Made by a program: the position numbers and the translations under genes. Below, piece after piece: positions 20,311 to 29,632 of a stretch of 64,000 bases of DNA. How positions within the stretch are numbered: position 1 is the stretch's first letter; the number at the start of each line of letters is the position of its first letter. The stretch lies in contig JBNKTL010000005.1 in assembly GCA_050298055.1 (NCBI GenBank), forward strand, positions 7,094 through 71,093, in the 5' to 3' direction. The notes beneath the pieces are model-generated. The model did not search any database. It was not told the DNA's origin and saw only the letters and a list, made by a program, of their open reading frames with translations. The DNA is from Spirochaetota bacterium. Lineage in GTDB: Bacteria > Spirochaetota > UBA4802 > UBA5550.

Positions 20311-20772
20311 TTATTCGTCAATGTCCCTGTAGTAGAAGTCCACATCAAAACCGCCGTAGCTTGAATTAAAGGAGAGGTTGATATTTTCGTAGAGGGTTTT
20401 CAGCTGTATGGGGTCATCATTGTATTCGGGAGGTGAGAGCGTGATTTCATGGTCGGTATACTGAAGCTGGTTTGCGATTGTACCGGTTATCAGGTTTGCG
20501 AGCTCACCGGCAACATCAGGGTGGTTCTTTCTGATTGTGGTGGCATTTTTGCTGCCGATGAATTTTTTTGTAATGAGGTTCAGTGTGCTTTTGGGAAGGT
20601 TGATGATAATTTCACCTTTCAAGGTCCCGTCTATTTCAACATGGACCTGGGGATCTTTTTCCCGTGACTGAGATTCATAGACTTCCTGGATCTCGTTGTC
20701 TCCGAGGAAGTTCTTGAATATATGATTTACGGACCGTGTGATTATCTTTGAGAAAATATCATACTCGTTCAT
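20311..20772 (-). CDS. cheX: CheX-family chemotaxis phosphatase
   Basis: GELANLITG (ExxN) motif; start moved to ATG 20772, which has a GAGG RBS. Confidence 0.75.
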   Translation of the reverse strand: MNEYDIFSKIITRSVNHIFKNFLGDNEIQEVYESQSREKDPQVHVEIDGTLKGEIIINLPKSTLNLITKKFIGSKNATTIRKNHPDVAGELANLITGTIANQLQYTDHEITLSPPEYNDDPIQLKTLYENINLSFNSSYGGFDVDFYYRDIDE

Positions 20773-20887
20773 TCTGCAGCCCTCAAGCGACTTGATTTTC
20801 AATTATGTCATATAGATAAAATAAAATTTCTTTGCAACCATAATATTTTTTAATAAAAATATTTATGACTGGTTTTGTTTAAAAATT

Positions 20888-20953
20888 GGCGGGGACATAT
20901 TCCTGGTATTTTATTAAATAAGCAAATTTATGCCATACAACTGAGTAGTTACA
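20888..20953. mobile_element. MITE-like repeat, copy 2 (half element)
   Basis: Half palindrome GGCGGGGACATAT and end GCCATACAACTGAGTAGTTACA, the exact reverse complement of 40325-40346. Confidence 0.65.
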
Positions 20954-21038
20954 AAAACATATAAAATAATTATATTTTTATTCATTGACATTTTTATGTT
21001 ATTTAAAGAAAATTTGCCCTGTAATGACAAGAGAAACG

Positions 21039-21380
21039 ATGAAGCGTTTATCAATAACAATTCTCATTATGATTTTTTTCCAGCTGTCGCTGCATGCCGC
21101 GGACAGGAGGTATCTCGTCACAGTAAGTGTGAAGACACAGGTGACTGTTACCAGGAAGAAACCCTGTACAAAAAAGGTTAAAGTCCGTAAAAACGGACGA
21201 TGGATTTACGTAAAGAAGAGGGCCCTGTGTCCGGAAGAGACGGAAGTCTGGAAGAGGTACAAGCTGAAAAAGATCTTTAAAGCTGACAACGTAAAGGAAG
21301 CAAGGGAAGAAGCAAAAGATCACTATGACGATGAAGGCTACAAGGAAATCAGAATAATCACAGTTCGACTTCTGAACTAG
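21039..21380 (+). CDS. Small basic exported protein
   Basis: Signal peptide MKRLSITILIMIFFQLSLHA; Lys-rich, two Cys; start moved from 20985. Confidence 0.65.
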   Translation: MKRLSITILIMIFFQLSLHAADRRYLVTVSVKTQVTVTRKKPCTKKVKVRKNGRWIYVKKRALCPEETEVWKRYKLKKIFKADNVKEAREEAKDHYDDEGYKEIRIITVRLLN

Positions 21381-21442
21381 TGTAAAATAACTGCTCTTAA
21401 ATCTCCGTTTGTCAGGTTCGTCATTTTTAACCGGGTTAGAGT

Positions 21443-22402
21443 ATGACTTTAAAGGTATCTCCCATTCAAAAATTATTTATTATTATAACTCTCCTTATCA
21501 TTCCGGGTTATGGAATTGACGGGTTTGCGCAGGAATCCCGGGATGGATTATTTGAACCGGACAATGCTTTTTACATAGCGGCAGTAAAGAAGAAGAAATA
21601 CCGAAGAAGACCTGTAAGAAAACAACAACCCGAAACTGCTTACCCTGAAATAAGAACAGATTTTATATCACTGGGAGGGGGATATATTGATTACGACTGG
21701 CAGGCCGGTTCTTTCGAAGCGGCTGATAAAGGAAAATATGGGAGAGCGCTTGCGGGGATCCAGTTCAAAGTAAGTTATCTTTTACTGGGGTTCTCTTTCA
21801 ATTATACACAACTCTCCTCAGAATATACGGGACGTATTCCTACAGGTGAAACCGTTGACGGGGAACTGGATACTGTTCATGCTGACGCGAAGTATAAAAT
21901 GGGATTTTCCTATGCTTTCAGTGAGCGGTTCCACCTGGTATTGCCCTATACCGGTTTACAGTATAAGTACTGGAGAAAAGATGGGAACCCGTCCGGTTAC
22001 AGGACGGATGAGCGGTATGAGTGGTTCCAGGTACCCGTTGGAATGCATCTGCAGATACAGCTTTTCAGGGGATTTGTCATAGGTCTTGACATCTCCGGCG
22101 GTGTGACCCTGGGGGGGATGGCCACAATCTTAACGCAAAAAAATACAGATCCCTTTAATGAGCAAGTCCCGGAAAATGAATATCCCATATTTAAGATGGA
22201 GAACGGCTGGTTTTACCGGGGAGAAATGCCCCTGGAGTTTTACCTGGGCAGGAGGTTTGGCCTGGAAATCAGCCCCTGGTATGAAAGGGTAAAGCTGGGG
22301 AACCGGGATTCTCTTGTGATAAATGCCAGCGAGACAATTTCACTCTCTGAAGTTGAAATAATATCCTATGGCGTTAATTTATTATTTAAAATCTATCTTT
22401 AA
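21443..22402 (+). CDS. Outer-membrane beta-barrel protein
   Basis: Signal peptide; amphipathic strands; C-terminal YGVNLLFKIYL. Confidence 0.7.
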   Translation: MTLKVSPIQKLFIIITLLIIPGYGIDGFAQESRDGLFEPDNAFYIAAVKKKKYRRRPVRKQQPETAYPEIRTDFISLGGGYIDYDWQAGSFEAADKGKYGRALAGIQFKVSYLLLGFSFNYTQLSSEYTGRIPTGETVDGELDTVHADAKYKMGFSYAFSERFHLVLPYTGLQYKYWRKDGNPSGYRTDERYEWFQVPVGMHLQIQLFRGFVIGLDISGGVTLGGMATILTQKNTDPFNEQVPENEYPIFKMENGWFYRGEMPLEFYLGRRFGLEISPWYERVKLGNRDSLVINASETISLSEVEIISYGVNLLFKIYL

Positions 22403-22414
22403 TCTGCTAATTGT

Positions 22415-23179
22415 ATGATAAAAAAAACGATTATTATCATTTTATCGATTCTCTGCTTTTCATATGGTCTGCATGCTCAGGATTTTGATGAAGAGCTCAT
22501 GGGCTGGCAGGATACCTTTACTCTTGAGGGAGGGCTTAACTGGCAGAAAGGGACCACCGATCAACTCCTCTATACCTATACTTTTGATTACAATACAATA
22601 TATGAAAACGAATGGGACATGGCTTTGGCTATAGCCGGAAATTACGGGAAAACCAATGACTCTCTCAGTGAAAATGACCACCGGTTATCAATTAATATCA
22701 TGAGGCTGTTATTCAATGCCCGGTTTGCCATTCTTTATTACGGTTCCATTGAAACAGACACCATGCAGAACATCTATACGCGGTCAATAACAGGTCTTGG
22801 GCCAAGGCTCTGGCTACTGAAAAACAGGTATGTTCATTTTTCAATCTATTCGTATCCGATTATAGAACACACAAGGACCAGGGATTTGCTGGAATCTGAA
22901 ATTTTATACAGAGAAAAGAACAATGCAAACATGACATTTTTCATTAACGAGGAACACTCAAATTCACTTGCCTTTGATTACCTCTATATCCCCAACCTTA
23001 AAGAAACATCGGATTATCGCTCGGAATTTTCAGTAATACTGACTTTAGCCATAGAGTCTAACCTGAGCATAAGTAATACATATAAAATTGAGTATACATC
23101 CAATCCCCTTGAATCTGAGTTTACAGAGGTTGAAAAGAAGAACTACAGCAATATTTTGTCGGTTAGCATTTCTTTTTAA
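22415..23179 (+). CDS. DUF481-like outer-membrane beta-barrel protein
   Basis: Signal peptide; G..W.KGTT, GLGPR, SDYR; terminal Phe. Confidence 0.7.
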   Translation: MIKKTIIIILSILCFSYGLHAQDFDEELMGWQDTFTLEGGLNWQKGTTDQLLYTYTFDYNTIYENEWDMALAIAGNYGKTNDSLSENDHRLSINIMRLLFNARFAILYYGSIETDTMQNIYTRSITGLGPRLWLLKNRYVHFSIYSYPIIEHTRTRDLLESEILYREKNNANMTFFINEEHSNSLAFDYLYIPNLKETSDYRSEFSVILTLAIESNLSISNTYKIEYTSNPLESEFTEVEKKNYSNILSVSISF

Positions 23180-23209
23180 CAGGGAAGTTGCATAACACAA
23201 AGGATATCC

Positions 23210-24574
23210 TCAGAAGTTCTTAATAAGTTTGACCTGGTTCCCCTTGTCATTAAACTCGATTTCATCAAAGGTGTTTTTTGCCATTGTAATCCCCCTGCCG
23301 TGTCCAAGCAACATCCTGTTTACGTTATCTGAAATTTCCTCCATGACTTTCCTGTGGTTAAAACCTTTCCCTTCATCTTTGACTTTATAGACCACTTTTT
23401 CGGGACTGACCGAATACTCAATTTCTATCTTTTTTTTCATTCTCTCTGGATCTTTCTGTCTCTCTGTGAGGAAGTCCAGGTAAGTGCTGTTTGTTACCGC
23501 TTTACTTTTTTCATCAAAGGTAATTCCGAGGTTACCATGTTCAACCGCATTAATGATTATTTCACGAAGAGCAATTCTCAAGAGGTTGACACTTCGGACT
23601 TTCATGTATTTAACCAGGTTTCTTGTGACCCTGTAGCTTATATCCTCAGCTGCCACAAGGGTGCTCTCGATGATAAATTTCTGATTTTCCGAAACAAAGA
23701 ACTTCATCAAAGAGTCTTCAAGGATCCTTGAGGCTTTGCCAAAGATCTCATCTTTTCCTTCAATGTTTATATGCTCAAGCTTAACCTGGAGTTCCTTGGG
23801 CTCTGAACTTATGGAAGATCTGAACATTGTTTTAAAAGTTACCGGTTTATTGCTCTGTGAAAAGATTTCCAGTTTTTCCTGGACGAGCTGCCGGGTTACC
23901 GCGTTTTCTTCATTGCCTCTGTAAATGATGTCGAAGAGTGACCGGGAGATGACTTCATCCTGGCTGATATTCAGAAGACTGCTGATAGTCTTGTTCACGG
24001 AGAGGATCTTCCAGTTCCTGTCCATGGAGAAGATAATTTCATTTGAACCTTCAACAAGAAGACGGTATCTCTCTTCGGAGAGGATAAGTTTTTTGTTGGC
24101 CTGGTTGAGATTATTCAGATGCGTTTGTAAATCTATATTTAGTTCATCGATCTCCCTGTTCGCCTGCATCAGCTGTTTATCGAATTCATATCTTTTCAGG
24201 GCAATCTCGATGGACACATGAAGGTTGTTCTTGTTATAGGGCTTGATCAGGTAGCCATAGGGAGTAAGATCTTTGACCCGCTTGATGAGATCATCATCAG
24301 CATAGCCCGTTGTAAATATTATCGGGACATCGTACTTCTTAACCAGCTCAGCATGTGTTTCAATACCCGTGAGCTGTCCTTCCAGGTATATATCCATAAA
24401 AACAAGGTCCGGTTTTATGGTTTCAACACGCTGAAGAGCTTCTTCACCTGATGAAACCGCGGTTACCACGGTGTATCCGAGTTTATAAAGAAATTTTCGT
24501 ATCAGGTGAAGATCAACCAGTGAGTCTTCAACAATGAGAAGGCGTTTTTTCCGGTTTTCCATCAGGGTTTTCAC
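23210..24574 (-). CDS. Receiver-PAS-HATPase (anti-sigma/RsbW-like ATPase) signalling protein
   Basis: LIVED, FMDI, KP receiver; PAS; EIIINAVEHGN, DEGKGF, GRGI; no HisKA box. Confidence 0.82.
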   Translation of the reverse strand: MKTLMENRKKRLLIVEDSLVDLHLIRKFLYKLGYTVVTAVSSGEEALQRVETIKPDLVFMDIYLEGQLTGIETHAELVKKYDVPIIFTTGYADDDLIKRVKDLTPYGYLIKPYNKNNLHVSIEIALKRYEFDKQLMQANREIDELNIDLQTHLNNLNQANKKLILSEERYRLLVEGSNEIIFSMDRNWKILSVNKTISSLLNISQDEVISRSLFDIIYRGNEENAVTRQLVQEKLEIFSQSNKPVTFKTMFRSSISSEPKELQVKLEHINIEGKDEIFGKASRILEDSLMKFFVSENQKFIIESTLVAAEDISYRVTRNLVKYMKVRSVNLLRIALREIIINAVEHGNLGITFDEKSKAVTNSTYLDFLTERQKDPERMKKKIEIEYSVSPEKVVYKVKDEGKGFNHRKVMEEISDNVNRMLLGHGRGITMAKNTFDEIEFNDKGNQVKLIKNF

Positions 24575-24640
24575 ATTAATTTTAAATTATATAACAACTG
24601 TACAATTCTGCATAATGTAAAAAAAAATTTCAATAAATAT

Positions 24641-25351
24641 TCAGTGCATTGTCGTTATAATTAAATTGCCCGTTCGTGACGCTGTTATAACAAACTCATT
24701 GTGACTGATAACCGAAGATTGTCCGCAGAATTCAATTCCGTATTCAAACCCGTATCTATTTGAAATAAAGACAGTTCCATGATAGTCCTTGATCCTCTTT
24801 TTCCAGTATTTCTGGACATCAATATACTGCTCCAGCCAGTTTGTTGAAATGAGGAGCCATTTTGTTCTTTTATCTATATGAAAGTTCACAAAATCATCAA
24901 AATTAAGGTCCATGCATATACCAAGTCCAATCCTCCCCAAAGATGTGTCGATTGTGATATAACCCTTATCTCCCGGACGCGCCCAGGTAAAATCTGTCTC
25001 GAAGAGGTTTACCTTTCGGTATGTTGCGAGGAGTTCCCCCTTGTCACTGACCAGGTTCTGAGAATTATAGATGTACCCGTTATCCAGTTCCGGATACCCG
25101 TATGCAAGGAAGCAGCTGTTATCAGAACAGAATTGTGAAAATATCCTGAATGTTTCTCCCCGGGCATCTTCGGAAAAGGGAAGGAGGTCAGATCTTTGAG
25201 GCCAGATATAACCTGTTGTACACATTTCGGGCATGAGAATCAGTCGTGATTTTTCATCAGCAGCTGCCCTGCAGAGTTCAATGAGAGATTTTCTGTTTTT
25301 ATCAGGTTTGCGGTATTCAGGTTTAAACTGTATTGTTGATGCTTTCAGCAC
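24641..25351 (-). CDS. Carbon-nitrogen hydrolase (nitrilase superfamily)
   Basis: E-K-C triad: PEMCTTGY, YRKVNLF, GICMDLN; start moved to GTG 25351 because 25393 lies in a repeat. Confidence 0.85.
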   Translation of the reverse strand: MLKASTIQFKPEYRKPDKNRKSLIELCRAAADEKSRLILMPEMCTTGYIWPQRSDLLPFSEDARGETFRIFSQFCSDNSCFLAYGYPELDNGYIYNSQNLVSDKGELLATYRKVNLFETDFTWARPGDKGYITIDTSLGRIGLGICMDLNFDDFVNFHIDKRTKWLLISTNWLEQYIDVQKYWKKRIKDYHGTVFISNRYGFEYGIEFCGQSSVISHNEFVITASRTGNLIITTMH

Positions 25352-25375
25352 GTGGTTGTTATATACTCCGTAATT

Positions 25376-25454
25376 ATTCCCCCCATCCCCCAAAGGGGGT
25401 GCAAGATTCTTTTTACAATATTCTTATGCCCCCTTTGGGGGTCAGGGGGCTAAC
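25376..25454. repeat. REP-like doublet, family B copy 1
   Basis: Two CCCCC-N3-GGGGG hairpins in inverted arrangement; reverse complement aligns with 45434..45511. Confidence 0.75.
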
Positions 25455-25642
25455 CTGGCGGTATAAATGTTTCCTTATCGTCTTTGTTGCAGATTAAGAA
25501 TCCAAGGAATAAAAGTGTTTTCAAAATAATACAATACATAAAACTAATTAATTGACATAATGATCAAATTAAATAAAGATTATCAACAGAAAAAAATATT
25601 TTTGAAAAGAATATCTTTTCCCGGGCCCTTCGGAGGTATGAG

Positions 25643-26521
25643 ATGAAAATGTCAAATGAGGCGAAAGTGGGTATGATGATAACACTGAGCCTTACGCTTT
25701 TTATTGTGATGATAGCGCTCCTGTCCAAGGTGAGCATAGCTCAAAAGGGATATACTCTGAGGCTCTACTTCGGATTTCTCAACGGGCTGCGCGTGGGTGC
25801 TCCCGTGAAGATCGCGGGGGGTATAAAAATCGGGCAGGTAGAGAGCATTTCCCAGTCTGCTGAAAAGACCGAGGTCAATGTGTGGATAGACAGAAAATAC
25901 AACCTGCTCAAAACAGCGAGATTCGCGATCTTTACAACAGGGCTCATAGGAGAGAAGTATGTGAATATATTTGTCCCGCCCTCTGTTAATGTTGATGACT
26001 TTCTCTCGGACGGCGACAAGATCTATGCCATTGATCCTGCCAGTTTTGACCAGATGATGCTGACTTTCCAGGGTTTTATGCAGGATAAAAGCGGCGGAGA
26101 GATCCTCGCGAATATTTTTCAGAATTCCAAAAAGTTTGTGGAAAACCTCAACAGCATCGCCTATGAGAACAGGCAGGATATCCGGAAGTCCGTTCTCAAT
26201 GCGAAAACAATGTTCATAAACCTTGCGGAGCAGACAAAGGTCCTCATGAACCAGATGAACAGGTTCACCGGCAACATGGCCATCCTGTCAGAGAAAAACA
26301 AGGAGGAATTTTCCATTGCCGTGAGAAACCTCTCGGAAGTCACAAGGAGTCTCAATAAAATAATCTTCAGGCTGGAAAAGGGGAAGGGGACCCTGGGAAA
26401 ACTTCTCATGGAGGAGGATATTTATATCAACCTCAAGGACGCGTCAATCTCCGCAAAAGACCTCTTCAGAAGCCTCTCCCGGGACCCGTCCAAACTTTTC
26501 TACAGGCCGAGACAGCAGTAA
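25643..26521 (+). CDS. MlaD/MCE family protein
   Basis: N-terminal TM, GLRVGAPVKIAGG.KIG.V, GLIGEKYV, C-terminal GKGTLGKL. Confidence 0.88.
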   Translation: MKMSNEAKVGMMITLSLTLFIVMIALLSKVSIAQKGYTLRLYFGFLNGLRVGAPVKIAGGIKIGQVESISQSAEKTEVNVWIDRKYNLLKTARFAIFTTGLIGEKYVNIFVPPSVNVDDFLSDGDKIYAIDPASFDQMMLTFQGFMQDKSGGEILANIFQNSKKFVENLNSIAYENRQDIRKSVLNAKTMFINLAEQTKVLMNQMNRFTGNMAILSEKNKEEFSIAVRNLSEVTRSLNKIIFRLEKGKGTLGKLLMEEDIYINLKDASISAKDLFRSLSRDPSKLFYRPRQQ

Positions 26522-27864
26522 TGGTAAAAAATAAAAAAGTCTTTGCCTGTGTCTCCTGCGGATCAGAGTTTTCAAAGTGGTCGGGGAAGTGTCCTCTCTG
26601 CAATGAGTGGAATTCACTTGTTGAGGCAGAAAAAAGTCACTCAGGTAATTCCGGGGAAAAACTTGAGATCATAAGCCTTTCGGCGGTAAAGAGTGAAAGT
26701 ACAGAGAGAATAAAAACAGGACTGGGTGAATTCAATCTGGTCTGCGGCGGGGGGATGGTCCCCGGTTCAATAATTCTTGTGGGGGGCGAACCGGGAATCG
26801 GGAAATCCACCCTGGCCCTGCAGGTGGCCGGGTATGTTGATACTCTCTATATATCCGGTGAAGAGTCTCCCGTGCAGATAAAGCAGAGGGCCGAAAGGCT
26901 GGGCATTGATCCGGGAAGAGTAAGGATATCAACATCAACTGATATTGATGTCATTGTGGATACCCTGACCACCGGGAAAATAAAAAAGAGTTTTCAGTGT
27001 ATCGTTGTTGATTCAATACAGACCATACAGTCAACGAATGTTCCCGGTATTGCCGGTTCCGTGAGCCAGATCAGGAGCGCTGCGGCAAAACTGGCAATCC
27101 TTGCAAAGAAACTCGCCGCTCCGGTAATCCTCATAGGGCATATCACCAAAGAGGGGAATATCGCCGGTCCGAAACTCCTTGAGCATATTGTTGATACGGT
27201 GATCTATTTCGAGGGTGATTATACAAAGGATTTCAGGATACTCAGGGCGTTTAAAAACAGGTTCGGGTCCGTAAACGAGATCGGGCTTTTCAGAATGACC
27301 CCCGGGGGGCTTGAGGAAGTCAAGGAGAAGAACAGGGTCTTTCTCAATCCTTTTCTTTCAAGTTCACCGGGGAATGCCGTATCTGCTGCCATTGAGGGGA
27401 GCCGGACCATTCTCTTTGAGGTTCAGTCCCTTGTGACATTTACCGGTTTCCCCAATCCCCGGAGGATGGCTGACGGTCTTGACCTTAACAGGCTCATCCT
27501 TATCACTGCTGTTCTTGAAAAGCACGCGGGACAGAAACTCAACTCCTTTGATGTTTTTTTAAATGTCTCGGGGGGATTCAGGATAAACGATACTGCCGCT
27601 GACCTGGCAGTTGCCATGTCCGTGACATCCAGTCTCAGGGAGCAGCCTGTTCCCGACGGGATAGGGCTCCTGGGCGAGATATCTCTCTCCGGGGAAATAC
27701 GGCCCGTATCTCAGTGCAACAGGAGGCTCATGGAATTTAAGCATTCCGGTTTCAATACTGTTTTTATCTCCCACAGCGACATGAAGGACGCGGAAAAATC
27801 GGGTTTTAAGGGAAACCTTGTAGGAGTTAAGGATATTGCCGGGGCCATAGACAGGCTTTTTTAA
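26521..27864 (+). CDS. radA: DNA repair protein RadA/Sms
   Basis: C4 zinc finger, GEPGIGKST, KNRFG, Lon-like C-terminus. Confidence 0.96.
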   Translation: MVKNKKVFACVSCGSEFSKWSGKCPLCNEWNSLVEAEKSHSGNSGEKLEIISLSAVKSESTERIKTGLGEFNLVCGGGMVPGSIILVGGEPGIGKSTLALQVAGYVDTLYISGEESPVQIKQRAERLGIDPGRVRISTSTDIDVIVDTLTTGKIKKSFQCIVVDSIQTIQSTNVPGIAGSVSQIRSAAAKLAILAKKLAAPVILIGHITKEGNIAGPKLLEHIVDTVIYFEGDYTKDFRILRAFKNRFGSVNEIGLFRMTPGGLEEVKEKNRVFLNPFLSSSPGNAVSAAIEGSRTILFEVQSLVTFTGFPNPRRMADGLDLNRLILITAVLEKHAGQKLNSFDVFLNVSGGFRINDTAADLAVAMSVTSSLREQPVPDGIGLLGEISLSGEIRPVSQCNRRLMEFKHSGFNTVFISHSDMKDAEKSGFKGNLVGVKDIAGAIDRLF

Positions 27865-27937
27865 ACCTGGCTAACAGGACCGGTAATTAAGAGATGTGAA
27901 GCAAATGTTAAACCTGATTGAAAATGAAAGGAAATAT

Positions 27938-28249
27938 TTACTCTTTGCAGATCCCGGTCATTTTCATCGTATATCTCTGGAAAATAATAAATTCTCTCAT
28001 CTCAAGCCGGGAAGTGGTACTTATAATATTTCCGTTGCAGCGTGATTTCAGGATCTTCAGGGCAGCCTGTTCAAGTTCAAAGCTGTCCGGAGAAGTCAGA
28101 TGAAGGATACCGCTGGCAGAAGTCTCTGAAGCAACCACTTCACCATCGCCTTTGACTGCATTCGTTGAACCTGCACTCTGAATTAAGACACAGCCTGTTA
28201 AAAGTATCGGGAGAATCCCCAGAGCAAATAATTGGAAATTTTTTTTCAT
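27938..28249 (-). CDS. Small lipoprotein
   Basis: LLTGC lipobox; paired Cys in the mature part. Confidence 0.7.
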   Translation of the reverse strand: MKKNFQLFALGILPILLTGCVLIQSAGSTNAVKGDGEVVASETSASGILHLTSPDSFELEQAALKILKSRCNGNIISTTSRLEMREFIIFQRYTMKMTGICKE

Positions 28250-28458
28250 AGAAAACCAACCTGATTATATAACGTAATTTTTATGGACTGTTTGTTAATT
28301 ATTAACAATAAATGATATGAAATGGATGTCAATTTTTTTTTGATGCGAATATTTTTATTTATTGAGCCAGCCGGATATCATTTAACAGATACTTAAAGAG
28401 AAAAAATTCTTGCTATAAATGAATAGGTCATCGATAATGTATATTAATTACATGTTAT

Positions 28459-28540
28459 GTAACTACTGTAAAGAATAGACATGTTAATAAATAAAATATA
28501 ATTGATATGTCCCCTCCGCCTCGGGCGGCGGGGACATATT
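28459..28540. mobile_element. MITE-like repeat, copy 3 (one end lost)
   Basis: GTAACTACT end; palindrome ATATGTCCCCTCCGCC-TCG-GGCGGCGGGGACATAT (28505-28539). Confidence 0.65.
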
Positions 28541-28566
28541 GTTGGTAATATTAGTATACTATAAAA

Positions 28567-29562
28567 ATGAAATTTAAAATAAAAGAATATCAGAGCAGGT
28601 TCAGTATTAAATTCTCCGAGAGTTACTATGTCTACAGGAAAAAGCTGAGTAAGGCCTGGGACAGGTTTCTGGAGAAGGGTCATGAGAAAATGACCATAAT
28701 GTTTATCCCGCACAACGAAAAGAACATATTCAATTTTCAGATATCAAAGTTTATCATTTCATTTTTTATCATTCTGTTTTTCGTGGTCATCGCAACATCA
28801 TCGTACGCGATTATCAAAAACAATGCTGTTAAACGGGAAGAGCAGCGGCTCCTGATGACCTACGAGGATATCCGCTCACACCTTCTGAGGTTTGAAAAAC
28901 TTACAAACAATATTGAAGAACAGATTGATGAACTTAAACCCGATATTGAAGATCTTTATGAATCTGCGGCAGGAACTGAAATTACCGAAAACCTCTGGAC
29001 TCTTGCTGACTTTGAGAAAAAGGAACTGAGTGAACTTCTCAAGATGAGGAGCATACTCCCCGAGGAGATTTTTACCATAAAGGAGATACAGAAAGACCTC
29101 ATCTGCTCTACAAACACCATAAAGGCAATCAAGAACTTTATCAACGTAAGGAGTAAGGTCATCAAAGACACTCCGTCCATTGTCTCGAACCAGGGGCATA
29201 TTACATCACTGTTCGGATGGCGGAGGTCTCCTTTCGGGCATGGCAGGGATTTTCATACGGGCATTGATATTGCGGCGTCTCCGGGTACTCCCATACGGGC
29301 CACAGCACCCGGTGTGGTTGTTACCGCGGGCTGGAACGGCGGATACGGTTTCACGGTAAGGATCAAACACAAATATGGCTTTGAAACGATTTACGGACAC
29401 TGCAGAAGCATTGATGTACAGATTGATCAGCAGGTCAGGAAGGGCGAGGTGATCGCGTATGTTGGTCAGACAGGTAACGCTACGGGTAACCACTGTCACT
29501 ATGAGATCAGGCTTGGTGGAATTCCCATTAATCCCTATCCCTACATGAGCAGAGTCTGGTAA
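28567..29562 (+). CDS. M23 family metallopeptidase
   Basis: HTGID, YGH, HCHYE motifs; TM plus coiled coil. Confidence 0.92.
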   Translation: MKFKIKEYQSRFSIKFSESYYVYRKKLSKAWDRFLEKGHEKMTIMFIPHNEKNIFNFQISKFIISFFIILFFVVIATSSYAIIKNNAVKREEQRLLMTYEDIRSHLLRFEKLTNNIEEQIDELKPDIEDLYESAAGTEITENLWTLADFEKKELSELLKMRSILPEEIFTIKEIQKDLICSTNTIKAIKNFINVRSKVIKDTPSIVSNQGHITSLFGWRRSPFGHGRDFHTGIDIAASPGTPIRATAPGVVVTAGWNGGYGFTVRIKHKYGFETIYGHCRSIDVQIDQQVRKGEVIAYVGQTGNATGNHCHYEIRLGGIPINPYPYMSRVW

Positions 29563-29632
29563 TATCCGTCATAAATTAAAATATCATAATATATTATGGC
29601 CGCTTATATTCTCATCATTGTGCCGGGTGTAA

